NCBI RefSeq assembly: GCF_009914755.1
Contig: NC_060939.1
Length of the DNA: 64,000 nucleotides
Direction: 5' to 3' (one strand)
Origin: the human T2T-CHM13v2.0 reference genome, Homo sapiens
Shown: one piece after another, positions 13,880 through 28,099 of the stretch
Numbering within the stretch: position 1 is the first letter of the stretch
How the letters are laid out: each line of letters begins with the position of its first letter
Notes under the pieces: model-generated
Database searches by the model: none
What the model was told of the DNA's origin: nothing
Seen by the model: only the letters and a program-made list of their open reading frames with translations
Made by a program: the position numbers and the translations under genes

Positions 13880-16800
13880 TCCATTCCTTTCGTTTCCATT
13901 CCATTTGATGCCATTCCATTCAATTCTGTTCTACTCGACTCCAATACATTCAATTCCATTCCATCCGATTCCATTACATTCTTTTCATTTCTTATCCATT
14001 TCAAGCCATTCCACTCCATTCCATTCCACTCGTTTCCTTTCCATTCGAGTCCATTCCTCTCCAGTCCATTCCGTTCAATCCATTCCATTCCAGTCCATTC
14101 CATTCGAGTCCGTTCCATTCCAGTCCATTCCATTCGAGTCAATTCCATTCCATTCGATGTCTTTCCATAACGATCCATTCCATTCTATTCCTTTCGATTC
14201 CATTCCATTCTATTTCATTCCATTCGATTCCCTTCCATTGGACTCCTTTCCATTCGAGTGCATTCCATTCCGTTCCATTTCTTTCCGTTCTGTACGATTC
14301 CTACCGTTCGATTTCATTTTGTTCCAGTCCATTCTTTCGCGTCCATTCCATTCCATTTCACTCCATTCGATTCCATTCCACTCGATTCCACTTCGTTCCA
14401 TTTCATTGCATTCCATTCTATTCAACTCTATTGCCTTCCATTCCATTCCATTCGATTACATTCCATGCGATTCCATTCGAAATCAAATCAATTACATTGC
14501 AATCCATTACTATTGAGTCCGTTTTATTCCAGTCCACTGCATTTTGGTCCATTCCATTTGATTCCATTCCATTCTATTCCATTCCATACAGTTGCATTCC
14601 ATTGGATTCCATGCTATATCTATAAATTCAATTCGAGACCATTGCTTTTGAGTCCATTCTATATGATTCCATTCCATTCAAGTCCATTACATTTGGTTAA
14701 ATTCCATTCCATTCGGTTCAATTCCATTCCATTCCATTCCCTTCCATTCCATTCCAGTTGATATCAATCCATTCGATTCCATTCCATTCGAGCACATTCC
14801 ATTCGAGTCCATTCCATTCGATGCCATTCCATTTGATTCTATTCCATTAGTCTCCATTCAATTCCATTAATCTCCATTCCATTCCATTCTACTCCAAATG
14901 ATTCCATTCCATTCTATTCCTTTCCATTCCATTCCATTCCATTCCATTCCATTCCATTCCATTCCATTCCATTCCATTCGTGTCCATTCCAATCCAGTCC
15001 ATTCCATTCGTATCCATTCCATTCCAGTCCATTCCATTTGTGTCCACTGCATTCCATTCCACTCCATTCCATATTATTCCATTACACTCCATTCCATTCT
15101 ATTACTTTCATTTCCATTCAATTAAATTCCATTTGATTCCATTCCACTCGGTTTCATTCCATTTGAGTCCACTCCATTCCATTCCATTCCATTCAGTTCC
15201 ATTCCATTCTGTTCCATTCCATTCCGTTCCATTACATTCCATTCCATTCGGTACCATCCCATATTGTTCCATTCGATTCCATTCGAATCCATTCCATTCC
15301 AGTCCATTCCATTCGATTCCATTCCATTCATTTCAATTCCATTCCATTCCATTCCATTACATTCCACTTGATTCCTCTCCATTCCCTTCCACTGCATTCC
15401 GTTCGATTCCATTCCATTGCATTGCATTCAATTCCATTGGATTGCATTCCATTCGATTCCATTCCATTCGAATCAATTACATAGCAATCCATTACATTCG
15501 AGTCTATTCTCTTCCGTTCCATTCGATTTCGTTCCAATCCATTCGATTCCATTCCATTCGATTCCATTCCATACTGTTGCATTCCATTCGATTACATTAT
15601 ATTCGAATAAGTTCCATTCAAGACCATTTCTTTTGAGTCCATTCTATTTGAGTCCATTCCCTTTGATTCCATAACATTTGAGTCCATTCAATTCCATTCC
15701 TTTCGTTTCCATTCCATTTGATGCCATTCCATTCAATTCTGTTCTACTCGACTCCAATACATTCAATTCCATTCCATCCGATTCCATTACATTCTTTTCA
15801 TTTCTTATCCATTTCAAGCCATTCCACTCCATTCCATTCCACTCGTTTCCTTTCCATTCGAGTCCATTCCTCTCCAGTCCATTCCGTTCAATCCATTCCA
15901 TTCCAGTCCATTCCATTCGAGTCCGTTCCATTCCAGTCCATTCCATTCGAGTCAATTCCATCCCATTCGATGTCTTTCCATAACGATCCATTCCATTCTA
16001 TTCCTTTCGATTCCATTCCATTCTATTTCATTCCATTCGATTCCCTTCCATTGGACTCCTTTCCATTCGAGTGCATTCCATTCCGTTCCATTTCTTTCCG
16101 TTCTGTACGATTCCTACCGTTCGATTTCATTTTGTTCCAGTCCATTCCTTTCGCGTCCATTCCATTCCATTTCACTCCATTCGATTCCATTCCACTCGAT
16201 TCCACTTCGTTCCATTTCATTGCATTCCATTCTATTCAACTCTATTGCCTTCCATTCCATTCCATTCGATTACATTCCATGCGATTCCATTCGAAATCGA
16301 ATCAATTACATTGCAATCCATTACTATTGAGTCCATTTTATTCCAGTCCACTGCATTCTGGTCCATTCCATTTGATTCCATTCCATTCTATTCCATTCCA
16401 TACAGTTGCATTCCATTGAACTCCATTGTATATCTATAAATTCAATTCGAGACCATTGCTTTTGAGTCCATTCTATATGATTCCATTCCATTCAAGTCCA
16501 TTACATTTGGTTCAATTCCATTCCATTCCATTCCCTTCCATTCCATTCCAGTTGATATCAATCCATTCGATTCCATTCCATTCGAGCACATTCCATTCGA
16601 GTCCATTCCATTCGATGCCATTCCATTTGATTCTATTCCATTAGTCTCCATTCAATTCCATTAATCTCCATTCCATTCCATTCTACTCCAACTGATTCCA
16701 TTCCATTCTATTACTTTCCATTCCATTTCATTCCATTCCATTCCATTTCATTCCATTCCATTCCATTCCATTCCATTCGCTTCCATTCCATTCGTGTCCA

Positions 16801-19800
16801 TTGCATTCCAGTCCATTCCATTTGTGTCCACTGCATTCCATTCCACTCCATTCCATATTATTCCATTACACTCCATTCCATTCTATTACTTTCATTTCCA
16901 TTCAATTCCATTCCATTTGATTCCATTCCACTCGGTTTCATTCCATTTGAGTCCACTCCACTCCATTCCATTCCATTCCATTCCATTCAGTTCCATTCCA
17001 TTCTGTTCCATTCCATTCCGTTCCATTGCATTCCATTCCATTCGGTACCATTCCATATTGTTCCATTCGATTCCATTCGAATCCATTCCATTCCAGTCCA
17101 TTCCATTCGATTCCATTTTATTCCTTTCAATTCCATTCCATTCCATTCCATTCCACTTGATTCCACTCCATTCCCTTCCACTGCATTCCATTGCATTGCA
17201 TTCCATTCCATTGGACTGCATTCCATTCGATTCCATTCCATTCGAATCAATTACATAGCAATCCATTACATTCGAGTCTATTCTATTCCGTTCCATTCGA
17301 TTTCATTCCAATCCATTCGATTCCATTCCATTCGATTCCATTCCATACTATTGCATTCCATTCGATTACATTATATTCGAATAAGTTCCATTCAAGACCA
17401 TTTCTTTTGAGTCCATTCTATTTGAGTCCATTCCCTTTGATTCCATAACATTTGAGTCCATTCAATTCCATTCCTTTCGTTTCCATTCCATTTGATGCCA
17501 TTCCATTCAATTCTGTTCTACTCGACTCCAATACATTCAATTCCATTCCATCCGATTCCATTACATTCTTTTCATTTCTTATCCATTTCAAGCCATTCCA
17601 CTCCATTCCATTCCACTCGTTTCCTTTCCATTCGAGTCCATTCCTCTCCAGTCCATTCCGTTCAATCCATTCCATTCCAGTCCATTCCATTCGAGTCCGT
17701 TCCATTCCAGTCCATTCCATTCGAGTCAATTCCATTCCATTCGATGTCTTTCCATAACGATCCATGCCATTCTATTCCTTTCGATTCCATTCCATTCTAT
17801 TTCATTCCATTCGATTCCCTTCCATTGGACTCCTTTCCATTCGAGTGCATTCCATTCCGTTCCATTTCTTTCCGTTCTGTACGATTCCTACCGTTCGATT
17901 TCATTTTGTTCCAGTCCATTCCTTTCGCGTCCATTCCATTCCATTTCACTCCATTCGATTCCATTCCACTCGATTCCACTTCGTTCCATTTCATTGCATT
18001 CCATTCTATTCAACTCTATTGCCTTCCATTCCATTCCATTCGATTACATTCCATGCGATTCCATTCGAAATCAAATCAATTACATTGCAATCCATTACTA
18101 TTGAGTCCGTTTAATTCCAGTCCACTGCATTCTGGTCCATTCCATTTGATTCCATTCCATTCTATTCCATTCCATACAGTTGCATTCCATTGGATTCCAT
18201 GCTATATCTATAAATTCAATTCGAGACCATTGCTTTTGAGTCCATTCTATATGATTCCATTCCATTCAAGTCCATTACATTTGGTTAAATTCCATTCCAT
18301 TCGGTTCAATTCCATTCCATTCCATTCCCTTCCATTCCATTCCAGTTGATATCAATCCATTCGATTCCATTCCATTCGAGCACATTCCATTCGAGTCCAT
18401 TCCATTCGATGCCATTCCATTTGATTCTATTCCATTAGTCTCCATTCAATTCCATTAATCTCCATTCCATTCCATTCTACTCCAACTGATTCCATTCCAT
18501 TCTATTCCTTTCCATTCCATTCCATTCCATTCCATTCCATTCCATTCCATTCCATTCGTGTCCATTCCACTCCAGTCCATTCCATTCGTATCCATTCCAT
18601 TCCAGTCCATTCCATTTGTGTCCACTGCATTCCATTCCACTCCATTCCATATTATTCCATTACACTCCATTCCATTCTATTACTTTCATTTCCATTCAAT
18701 TCCATTCCATTTGATTCCATTCCACTCGGTTTCATTCCATTTGAGTCCACTCCATTCCATTCCATTCCATTCAGTTCCATTCCATTCTGTTCCATTCCAT
18801 TCCGTTCCATTACATTCCATTCCATTCGGTACCATTCCATGTTGTTCCATTCGATTCCATTCGAATCCATTCCATTCCAGTCCATTCCATTCGATTCCAT
18901 TCCATTCATTTCAATTCCATTCCATTCCATTCCATTACATTCCACTTGATTCCTCTCCATTCCCTTCCACTGCATTCCGTTCGATTCCATTCCATTGCAT
19001 TGCATTCCATTCCATTGGATTGCATTCCATTCGATTCCATTCCATTCGAATCAATTACATAGCAATCCATTACATTCGAGTCTATTCTCTTCCGTTCCAT
19101 TCGATTTCGTTCCAATCCATTCGATTCCATTCCATTCGATTCCATTCCATACTATTGCATTCCATTCGATTACATTATATTCGAATAAGTTCCATTCAAG
19201 ACCATTTCTTTTGAGTCCATTCTATTTGAGTCCATTCCCTTTGATTCCATAACATTTGAGTCCATTCAATTCCATTCCTTTCGTTTCCATTCCATTTGAT
19301 GCCATTCCATTCAATTCTGTTCTACTCGACTCCAATACATTCAATTCCATTCCATCCGATTCCATTACATTCTTTTCATTTCTTATCCATTTCAAGCCAT
19401 TCCACTCCATTCCATTCCACTCGTTTCCTTTCCATTCGAGTCCATTCCTCTCCAGTCCATTCCGTTCAATCCATTCCATTCCAGTCCATTCCATTCGAGT
19501 CCGTTCCATTCCAGTCCATTCCATTCGAGTCAATTCCATTCCATTCGATGTCTTTCCATAACGATCCATTCCATTCTATTCCTTTCGATTCCATTCCATT
19601 CTATTTCATTCCATTCGATTCCCTTCCATTGGACTCCTTTCCATTCGAGTGCATTCCATTCCGTTCCATTTCTTTCCGTTCTGTACGATTCCTACCGTTC
19701 GATTTCATTTTGTTCCAGTCCATTCTTTCGCGTCCATTCCATTCCATTTCACTCCATTCGATTCCATTCCACTCGATTCCACTTCGTTCCATTTCATTGC

Positions 19801-21870
19801 ATTCCATTCTATTCAACTCTATTGCCTTCCATTCCATTCCATTCGATTACATTCCATGCGATTCCATTCGAAATCGAATCAATTACATTGCAATCCATTA
19901 CTATTGAGTCCGTTTTATTCCAGTCCACTGCATTCTGGTCCATTCCATTTGATTCCATTCCATTCTATTCCATTCCATACAGTTGCATTCCATTGGATTC
20001 CATGCTATATCTATAAATTCAATTCGAGACCATTGCTTTTGAGTCCATTATATATGATTTCATTCCATTCAAGTCCATTACATTTGGTTAAATTCCATTC
20101 CATTCGGTTCAATTCCATTCCATTCCATTCCCTTCCATTCCATTCCAGTTGATATCAATACATTCGATTCCATTCCATTCGAGCACATTCCATTCGAGTC
20201 CATTCCATTCGATGCCATTCCATTTGATTCTATTCCATTAGTCTCCACTCAATTCCATTAATCTCCATTCCATTCCATTCTACTCCAACTGATTCCATTC
20301 CATTCTATTCCTTTCCATTCCATTTCATTCCATTCCATTCCATTCCATTCCATTCCATTCCATTCCATTCCATTCGTGTCCATTCCACTCCAGTCCATTC
20401 CATTCGTATCCATTCCATTCCAGTCCATTCCATTTGTGTCCACTGCATTCCATTCCACTCCATTCCATATTATTCCATTACACTCCATTCCATTCTATTA
20501 CTTTCATTTCCATTCAATTCCATTCCATTTGATTCCATTCCACTCGGTTTCATTCCATTTGAGTCCACTCCATTCCATTCCATTCCATTCAGTTCCATTC
20601 CATTCTGTTCCATTCCATTCCGTTCCGTTACATTCCATTCCATTCGGTACCATTCCATATTGTTCCATTCGATTCCATTCGAATCCATTCCATTCCAGTC
20701 CATTCCATTCGATTCCATTCCATTCATTTCAATTCCATTCCATTCCATTCCATTACATTCCACTTGATTCCTCTCCATTCCCTTCCACTGCATTCCGTTC
20801 GATTCCATTCCATTGCATTGCATTCCATTCCATTGGATTGCATTCCATTCGATTCCATTCCATTCGAATCAATTACATAGCAATCCATTACATTCGAGTC
20901 TATTCTCTTCCGTTCCATTCGATTTCGTTCCAATCCATTCGATTCCATTCCATTAGATTCCATTCCATAGTATTGCATTCCATTCGATTACATTATATTC
21001 GAATAAGTTCCATTCAAGACCATTTCTTTTGAGTCCATTCTATTTGAGTCCATTCCCTTTGATTCCATAACATTTGAGTCCATTCAATTCCATTCCTTTC
21101 GTTTCCATTCCATTTGATGCCATTCCATTCAATTCTGTTCTACTCGACTCCAATACATTCAATTCCATTCCATCCGATTCCATTACATTCTTTTCATTTC
21201 TTATCCATTTCAAGCCATTCCACTCCATTCCATTCCACTCGTTTCCTTTCCATTCGAGTCCATTCCTCTCCAGTCCTTTCCGTTCAATCCATTCCATTCC
21301 AGTCCATTCCATTCGAGTCCGTTCCATTCCAGTCCATTCCATTCGAGTCAATTCCATTCCATTCGATGTCTTTCCATAACGATCCATTCCATTCTATTCC
21401 TTTCGATTCCATTCCATTCTATTTCATTCCATTCGATTCCCTTCCATTGGACTCCTTTCCATTCGAGTGCATTCCATTCCGTTCCATTTCTTTCCGTTCT
21501 GTACGATTCCTACCGTTCGATTTCATTTTGTTCCAGTCCATTCTTTCGCGTCCATTCCATTCCATTTCACTCCATTCGATTCCATTCCACTCGATTCCAC
21601 TTCGTTCCATTTCATTGCATTCCATTCTATTCAACTCTATTGCCTTCCATTCCATTCCATTCGATTACATTCCATGCGATTCCATTCGAAATCGAATCAA
21701 TTACATTGCAATCCATTACTATTGAGTCCGTTTTATTCCAGTCCACTGCATTCTGGTCCATTCCATTTGATTCCATTCCATTCTATTCCATTCCATACAG
21801 TTGCATTCCATTGGATTCCATGCTATATCTATAAATTCAATTCGAGACCATTGCTTTTGAGTCCATTCTA
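13880..21870 (+). repeat. Block duplication A, copy 2
   Basis: Carries the same ordered set of private variants as 1300-9300. Landmark offsets are 12579, 12579, 12579, 12570 and 12570. Confidence 0.85.
14925..14979 (+). repeat. Perfect (CATTC)11 tract, the longest pure run I noticed; part of a length-variable site present in every unit
   Basis: 55 bp of uninterrupted CATTC just before GTGTCC. Equivalent sites have 9 copies (2356-2400) or 10 copies (7756-7805), or are interrupted by CATTT. Confidence 0.85.
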
Positions 21871-24800
21871 TATGATTCCATTCCATTCAAGTCCATTACA
21901 TTTGGTTAAATTCCATTCCATTCGGTTCAATTCCATTCCATTCCATTCCCTTCCATTCCATTCCAGTTGATATCAATCCATTCGATTCCATTCCATTCGA
22001 GCACATTCCATTCGAGTCCATTCCATTCGATGCCATTCCATTTGATTCTATTCCATTAGTCTCCATTCAATTCCATTAATCTCCATTCCATTCCATTCTA
22101 CTCCAACTGATTCCATTCCATTCTATTCCTTTCCATTCCATTTCATTCCATCCCATTCCATTCCATTCCATTCCATTCCATTCGTGTCCATTCCACTCCA
22201 GTCCATTCCATTCGTATCCATTCCATTCCAGTCCATTCCATTTGTGTCCACTGCATTCCATTCCACTCCATTCCATATTATTCCATTACACTCCATTCCA
22301 TTCTATTAATTTCATTTCCATTCAATTCCATTCCATTTGATTCCATTCCACTCGGTTTCATTCCATTTGAGTCCACTCCATTCCATTCCATTCCATTCAG
22401 TTCCATTCCATTCTGTTCCATTCCATTCCGTTCCATTACATTCCATTCCATTCGGTACCATTCCATATTGTTCCATTCGATTCCATTCGAATCCATTCCA
22501 TTCCAGTCCATTCCATTCGATTCCATTCCATTCATTTCAATTCCATTCCATTCCATTCCATTACATTCCACTTGATTCCTCTCCATTCCCTTCCACTGCA
22601 TTCCGTTCGATTCCATTCCATTGCATTGCATTCCATTCCATTGGATTGCATTCCATTCGATTCCATTCCATTCGAATCAATTACATAGCAATCCATTACA
22701 TTCGAGTCTATTCTCTTCCGTTCCATTCGATTTCGTTCCAATCCATTCGATTCCATTCCATTCGATTCCATTCCATACTATTGCATTCCATTCGATTACA
22801 TTATATTCGAATAAGTTCCATTCAAGACCATTTCTTTTGAGTCCATTCTATTTGAGTCCATTCCCTTTGATTCCATAACATTTGAGTCCATTCAATTCCA
22901 TTCGTTTCGTTTCCATTCCATTTGATGCCATTCCATTCAATTCTGTTCTACTCGACTCCAATATATTCAATTCCATTCCATCCGATTCCATTACATTCTT
23001 TTCATTTCTTATCCATTTCAAGCCATTCCACTCCATTCCATTCCACTCGTTTCCTTTCCATTCGAGTCCATTCCTCTCCAGTCCATTCCGTTCAATCCAT
23101 TCCATTACAGTCCATTCCATTCGAGTCCGTTCCATTCCAGTCCATTCCATTCGAGTCAATTCCATTCCATTCGATGTCTTTCCATAACGATCCATTCCAT
23201 TCTATTCCTTTCGATTCCATTCCATTCTATTTCATTCCATTCGATTCCCTTCCATTGGACTCCCTTCCATTCGAGTGCATTCCATTCCGTTCCATTTCTT
23301 TCCATTCTGTACGATTCCTACCGTTCGATTTCATTTTGTTCCAGTCCATTCCTTTCGCGACCATTCCATTCCATTTCACTCCATTCGATTCCATTCCACT
23401 CGATTCCACTTCGTTCCATTTCATTGCATTCCATTCTATTCAACTCTATTGCCTTCCATTCCATTCCATTCGATTACATTCCATGCGATTCCATTCGAAA
23501 TCGAATCAATTACATTGCAATCCATTACTATTGAGTCCATTTTATTCCAGTCCACTGCATTCTGGTCCATTCCATTTGATTCCATTCCATTCTATTCCAT
23601 TCCATACAGTTGCATTCCGTTGGATTCCATTCTATATCCATAAAATCAATTCGAGACCATTGCTTTTGAGTCCATTCTATATGATTCCATTCCATTCAAG
23701 TCCATTACATTTGGTTCAATTCCATTCCATTCCATTCCCTTCCATTCCATTCCAGTTGATATCAATCCATTCGATTCCATTCCATTCGAGCACATTCCAT
23801 TCGAGTCCATTCCATTCGATGCCATTCCATTTGATTCTATTCCATTAGTCTCCATTCAATTCCATTAATCTCCATTCCATTCCATTCTACTCCAACTGAT
23901 TCCATTCCATTCTATTCCTTTCCATTCCATTTCATTCCATTCCATTCCATTTCATTCCATTCCATTCCATTCGTGTCCATTCCACTCCAGTCCATTCCAT
24001 TCGTGTCCATTCCATTCCAGTCCATTCCATTTGTGTCCACTGCATTCCATTCCACTCCATTCCATATTATTCCATTACACTCCATTCCATTCTATTACTT
24101 TCATTTCCATTCAATTCCATTCCATTTGATTCCATTCCACTCGGTTTCATTCCATTTGAGTCCACTCCATTCCATTCCATTCCATTCCATTCCATTCCAT
24201 TCCATTCAGTTCCATTCCATTCTGTTCCATTCCATTCCGTTCCATTACATTCCATTCCATTCGGTACCATTCCATATTGTTCCATTCGATTCCATTCGAA
24301 TCCATTCCATTCCAGTCCATTCCATTCGATTCCATTCCATTCATTTCAATTCCATTCCATTCCATTCCATTCCATTCCACTTGATTCCTCTCCATTCCCT
24401 TCCACTGCATTCCGTTCGATTCCATTCCATTGCATTGCATTCCATTCCATTGGATTGCATTCCATTCGATTCCATTCCATTCGAATCAATTACATAGCAA
24501 TCCATTACATTCGAGTCTATTCTCTTCCGTTCCATTCGATTTCGTTCCAATCCATTCGATTCCATTCCATTCGATTCCATTCCATACTATTGCATTCCAT
24601 TCGATTACATTATATTCGAATAAGTTCCATTCAAGACCATTTCTTTTGAGTCCATTCTATTTGAGTCCATTCCCTTTGATTCCATAACATTTGAGTCCAT
24701 TCAATTCCATTCCTTTCGTTTCCATTCCATTTGATGCCATTCCATTCAATTCTGTTCTACTCGACTCCAATATATTCAATTCCATTCCATCCGATTCCAT

Positions 24801-27800
24801 TACATTCTTTTCATTTCTTATCCATTTCAAGCCATTCCACTCCATTCCATTCCACTCGTTTCCTTTCCATTCGAGTCCATTCCTCTCCAGTCCATTCCGT
24901 TCAATCCATTCCATTCCAGTCCATTCCATTCGAGTCCGTTCCATTCCAGTCCATTCCATTCGAGTCAATTCCATTCCATTCGATGTCTTTCCATAACGAT
25001 CCATTCCATTCTATTCCTTTCGATTCCATTCCATTCTATTTCATTCCATTCGATTCCCTTCCATTGGACTCCTTTCCATTCGAGTGCATTCCATTCCGTT
25101 CCATTTCTTTCCATTCTGTACGATTCCTACCGTTAGATTTCATTTTGTTCCAGTCCATTCCTTTCGCGTCCATTCCATTCCATTTCACTCCATTCGATTC
25201 CATTCCACTCGATTCCACTTCGTTCCATTTCATTGCATTCCATTCTATTCAACTCTATTGCCTTCCATTCCATTCCATTCGATTACATTCCATGCGATTC
25301 CATTCGAAATCGAATCAATTACATTGCAAACCATTACTATTGAGTCCCTTTTATTCCAGTCCACTGCATTCTGGTCCATTCCATTTGATTCCATTCCATT
25401 CTATTCCATTCCATACAGTTGCATTCCATTGGATTCCATGCTATATCTATAAATTCAATTCGAGACCATTGCTTTTGAGTCCATTCTATATGATTCCATT
25501 CCATTCAAGTCCATTACATTTGGTTCAATTCCATTCCATTCCATTCCCTTTCATTCCATTCCATTTGATATCAATCCATTCGATTCCATTCCATTCGAGC
25601 ACATTCCATTCGAGTCCATTCCATTCGATGCCATTCCATTTGATTCTATTCCATTAGTCTCCATTCAATTCCATTAATCTCCATTCCATTCCATTCTACT
25701 CCAACTGATTCCATTCCATTCTATTCCTTTCCATTCCATTTCATTCCATTCCATTTCATTCCATTCCATTCCATTCGTGTCCATTCCACTCCAGTCCATT
25801 CCATTCGTGTCCATTCCATTCCAGTCCATTCCATTTGTGTCCACTGCATTCCATTCCACTCCATTCCATATTATTCCATTACACTCCCTTCCATTCTATT
25901 ACTTTCATTTCCATTCAATTCCATTCCATTTGATTCCATTCCACTCGGTTTCATTCCATTTGAGTCCACTCCATTCCATTCCATTCCATTCCATTCAGTT
26001 CCATTCCATTCTGTTCCATTCCATTCCGTTCCATTACATTCCATTCCATTCGGTACCATTCCATATTGTTCCATTCGATTCCATTCGAATCCATTCCATT
26101 CCAGTCCATTCCATTCGATTCCATTCCATTCATTTCAATTCCATTCCATTCCATTCCATTACATTCCACTTGATTCCTCTCCATTCCCTTCCACTGCATT
26201 CCGTTCGATTCCATTCCATTGCATTGCATTCCATTCCATTGGATTGCATTCCATTCGATTCCATTCCATTCGAATCAATTACATAGCAATCCATTACATT
26301 CGAGTCTATTCTATTCCGTTCCATTCGATTTCGTTCCAATCCATTCGATTCCATTCCATTCGATTCCATTCCATACTATTGCATTCCATTCGATTACATT
26401 ATATTCGAATAAGTTCCATTCAAGACCATTTCTTTTGAGTCCATTCTATTTGAGTCCATTCCCTTTGATTCCATAACATTTGAGTCCATTCAATTCCATT
26501 CCTTTCGTTTCCATTCCATTTGATGCCATTCCATTCAATTCTGTTCTACTCGACTCCAATACATTCAATTCCATTCCATCCGATTCCATTACATTCTTTT
26601 CATTTCTTATCCATTTCAAGCCATTCCACTCCATTCCATTCCACTCGTTTCCTTTCCATTCGAGTCCATTCCTCTCCAGTCCATTCCGTTCAATCCATTC
26701 CATTCCAGTCCATTCCATTCGAGTCCGTTCCATTCCAGTCCATTCCATTTGAGTCAATTCCATTCCATTCGATGTCTTTCCATAACGATCCATTCCATTC
26801 TATTCCTTTCGATTCCATTCCATTCTATTTCATTCCATTCGATTCCCTTCCATTGGACTCCTTTCCATTCGAGTGCATTCCATTCCGTTCCATTTCTTTC
26901 CGTTCTGTACGATTCCTACCGTTCGATTTCATTTTGTTCCAGTCCATTCCTTTCGCGTCCATTCCATTCCATTTCACTCCATTCGATTCCATTCCACTCG
27001 ATTCCACTTCGTTCCATTTCATTGCATTCCATTCTATTCAACTCTATTGCCTTCCATTCCATTCCATTCGATTACATTCCATGCGATTCCATTCGAAATC
27101 GAATCAATTACATTGCAATCCATTACTATTGAGTCCATTTTATTCCAGTCCACTGCATTCTGGTCCATTCCATTTGATTCCATTCCATTCTATTCCATTC
27201 CATACAGTTGCATTCCGTTGGATTCCATTCTATATCCATAAATTCAATTCGAGACCATTGCTTTTGAGTCCATTCTATATGATTCCATTCCATTCAAGTC
27301 CATTACATTTGGTTCAATTCCATTCCATTCCATTCCCTTCCATTCCATTCCAGTTGATATCAATCCATTCGATTCCATTCCATTCGAGCACATTCCATTC
27401 GAGTCCATTCCATTCGATGCCATTCCATTTGATTCTATTCCATTAGTCTCCATTCAATTCCATTAATCTCCATTCCATTCCATTCTACTCCAACTGATTC
27501 CATTCCATTCTATTCCTTTCCATTCCATTTCATTCCATTCCATTCCATTTCATTCCATTCCATTCCATTCGTGTCCATTCCACTCCAGTCCATTCCATTC
27601 GTGTCTATTCCATTCCAGTCCATTCCATTTGTGTCCACTGCATTCCATTCCACTCCATTCCATATTATTCCATTACACTCCATTCCATTCTATTACTTTC
27701 ATTTCCATTCAATTCCATTCCATTTGATTCCATTCCACTCGGTTTCATTCCATTTGAGTCCACTCCATTCCATTCCATTCCATTCCATTCCATTCAGTTC

Positions 27801-28099
27801 CATTCCATTCTGTTCCATTCCATTCCGTTCCATTACATTCCATTCCATTCGGTACCATTCCATATTGTTCCATTCGATTCCATTCGAATCCATTCCATTC
27901 CAGTCCATTCCATTCGATTCCATTCCATTCATTTCAATTCCATTCCATTCCATTCCATTCCATTCCACTTGATTCCTCTCCATTCCTTTCCACTGCATTC
28001 CGTTCGATTCCATTCCATTGCATTGCATTCCATTGGATTGCATTCCATTCGATTCCATTCCATTCGAATCAATTACATAGCAATCCATTACATTCGAGT

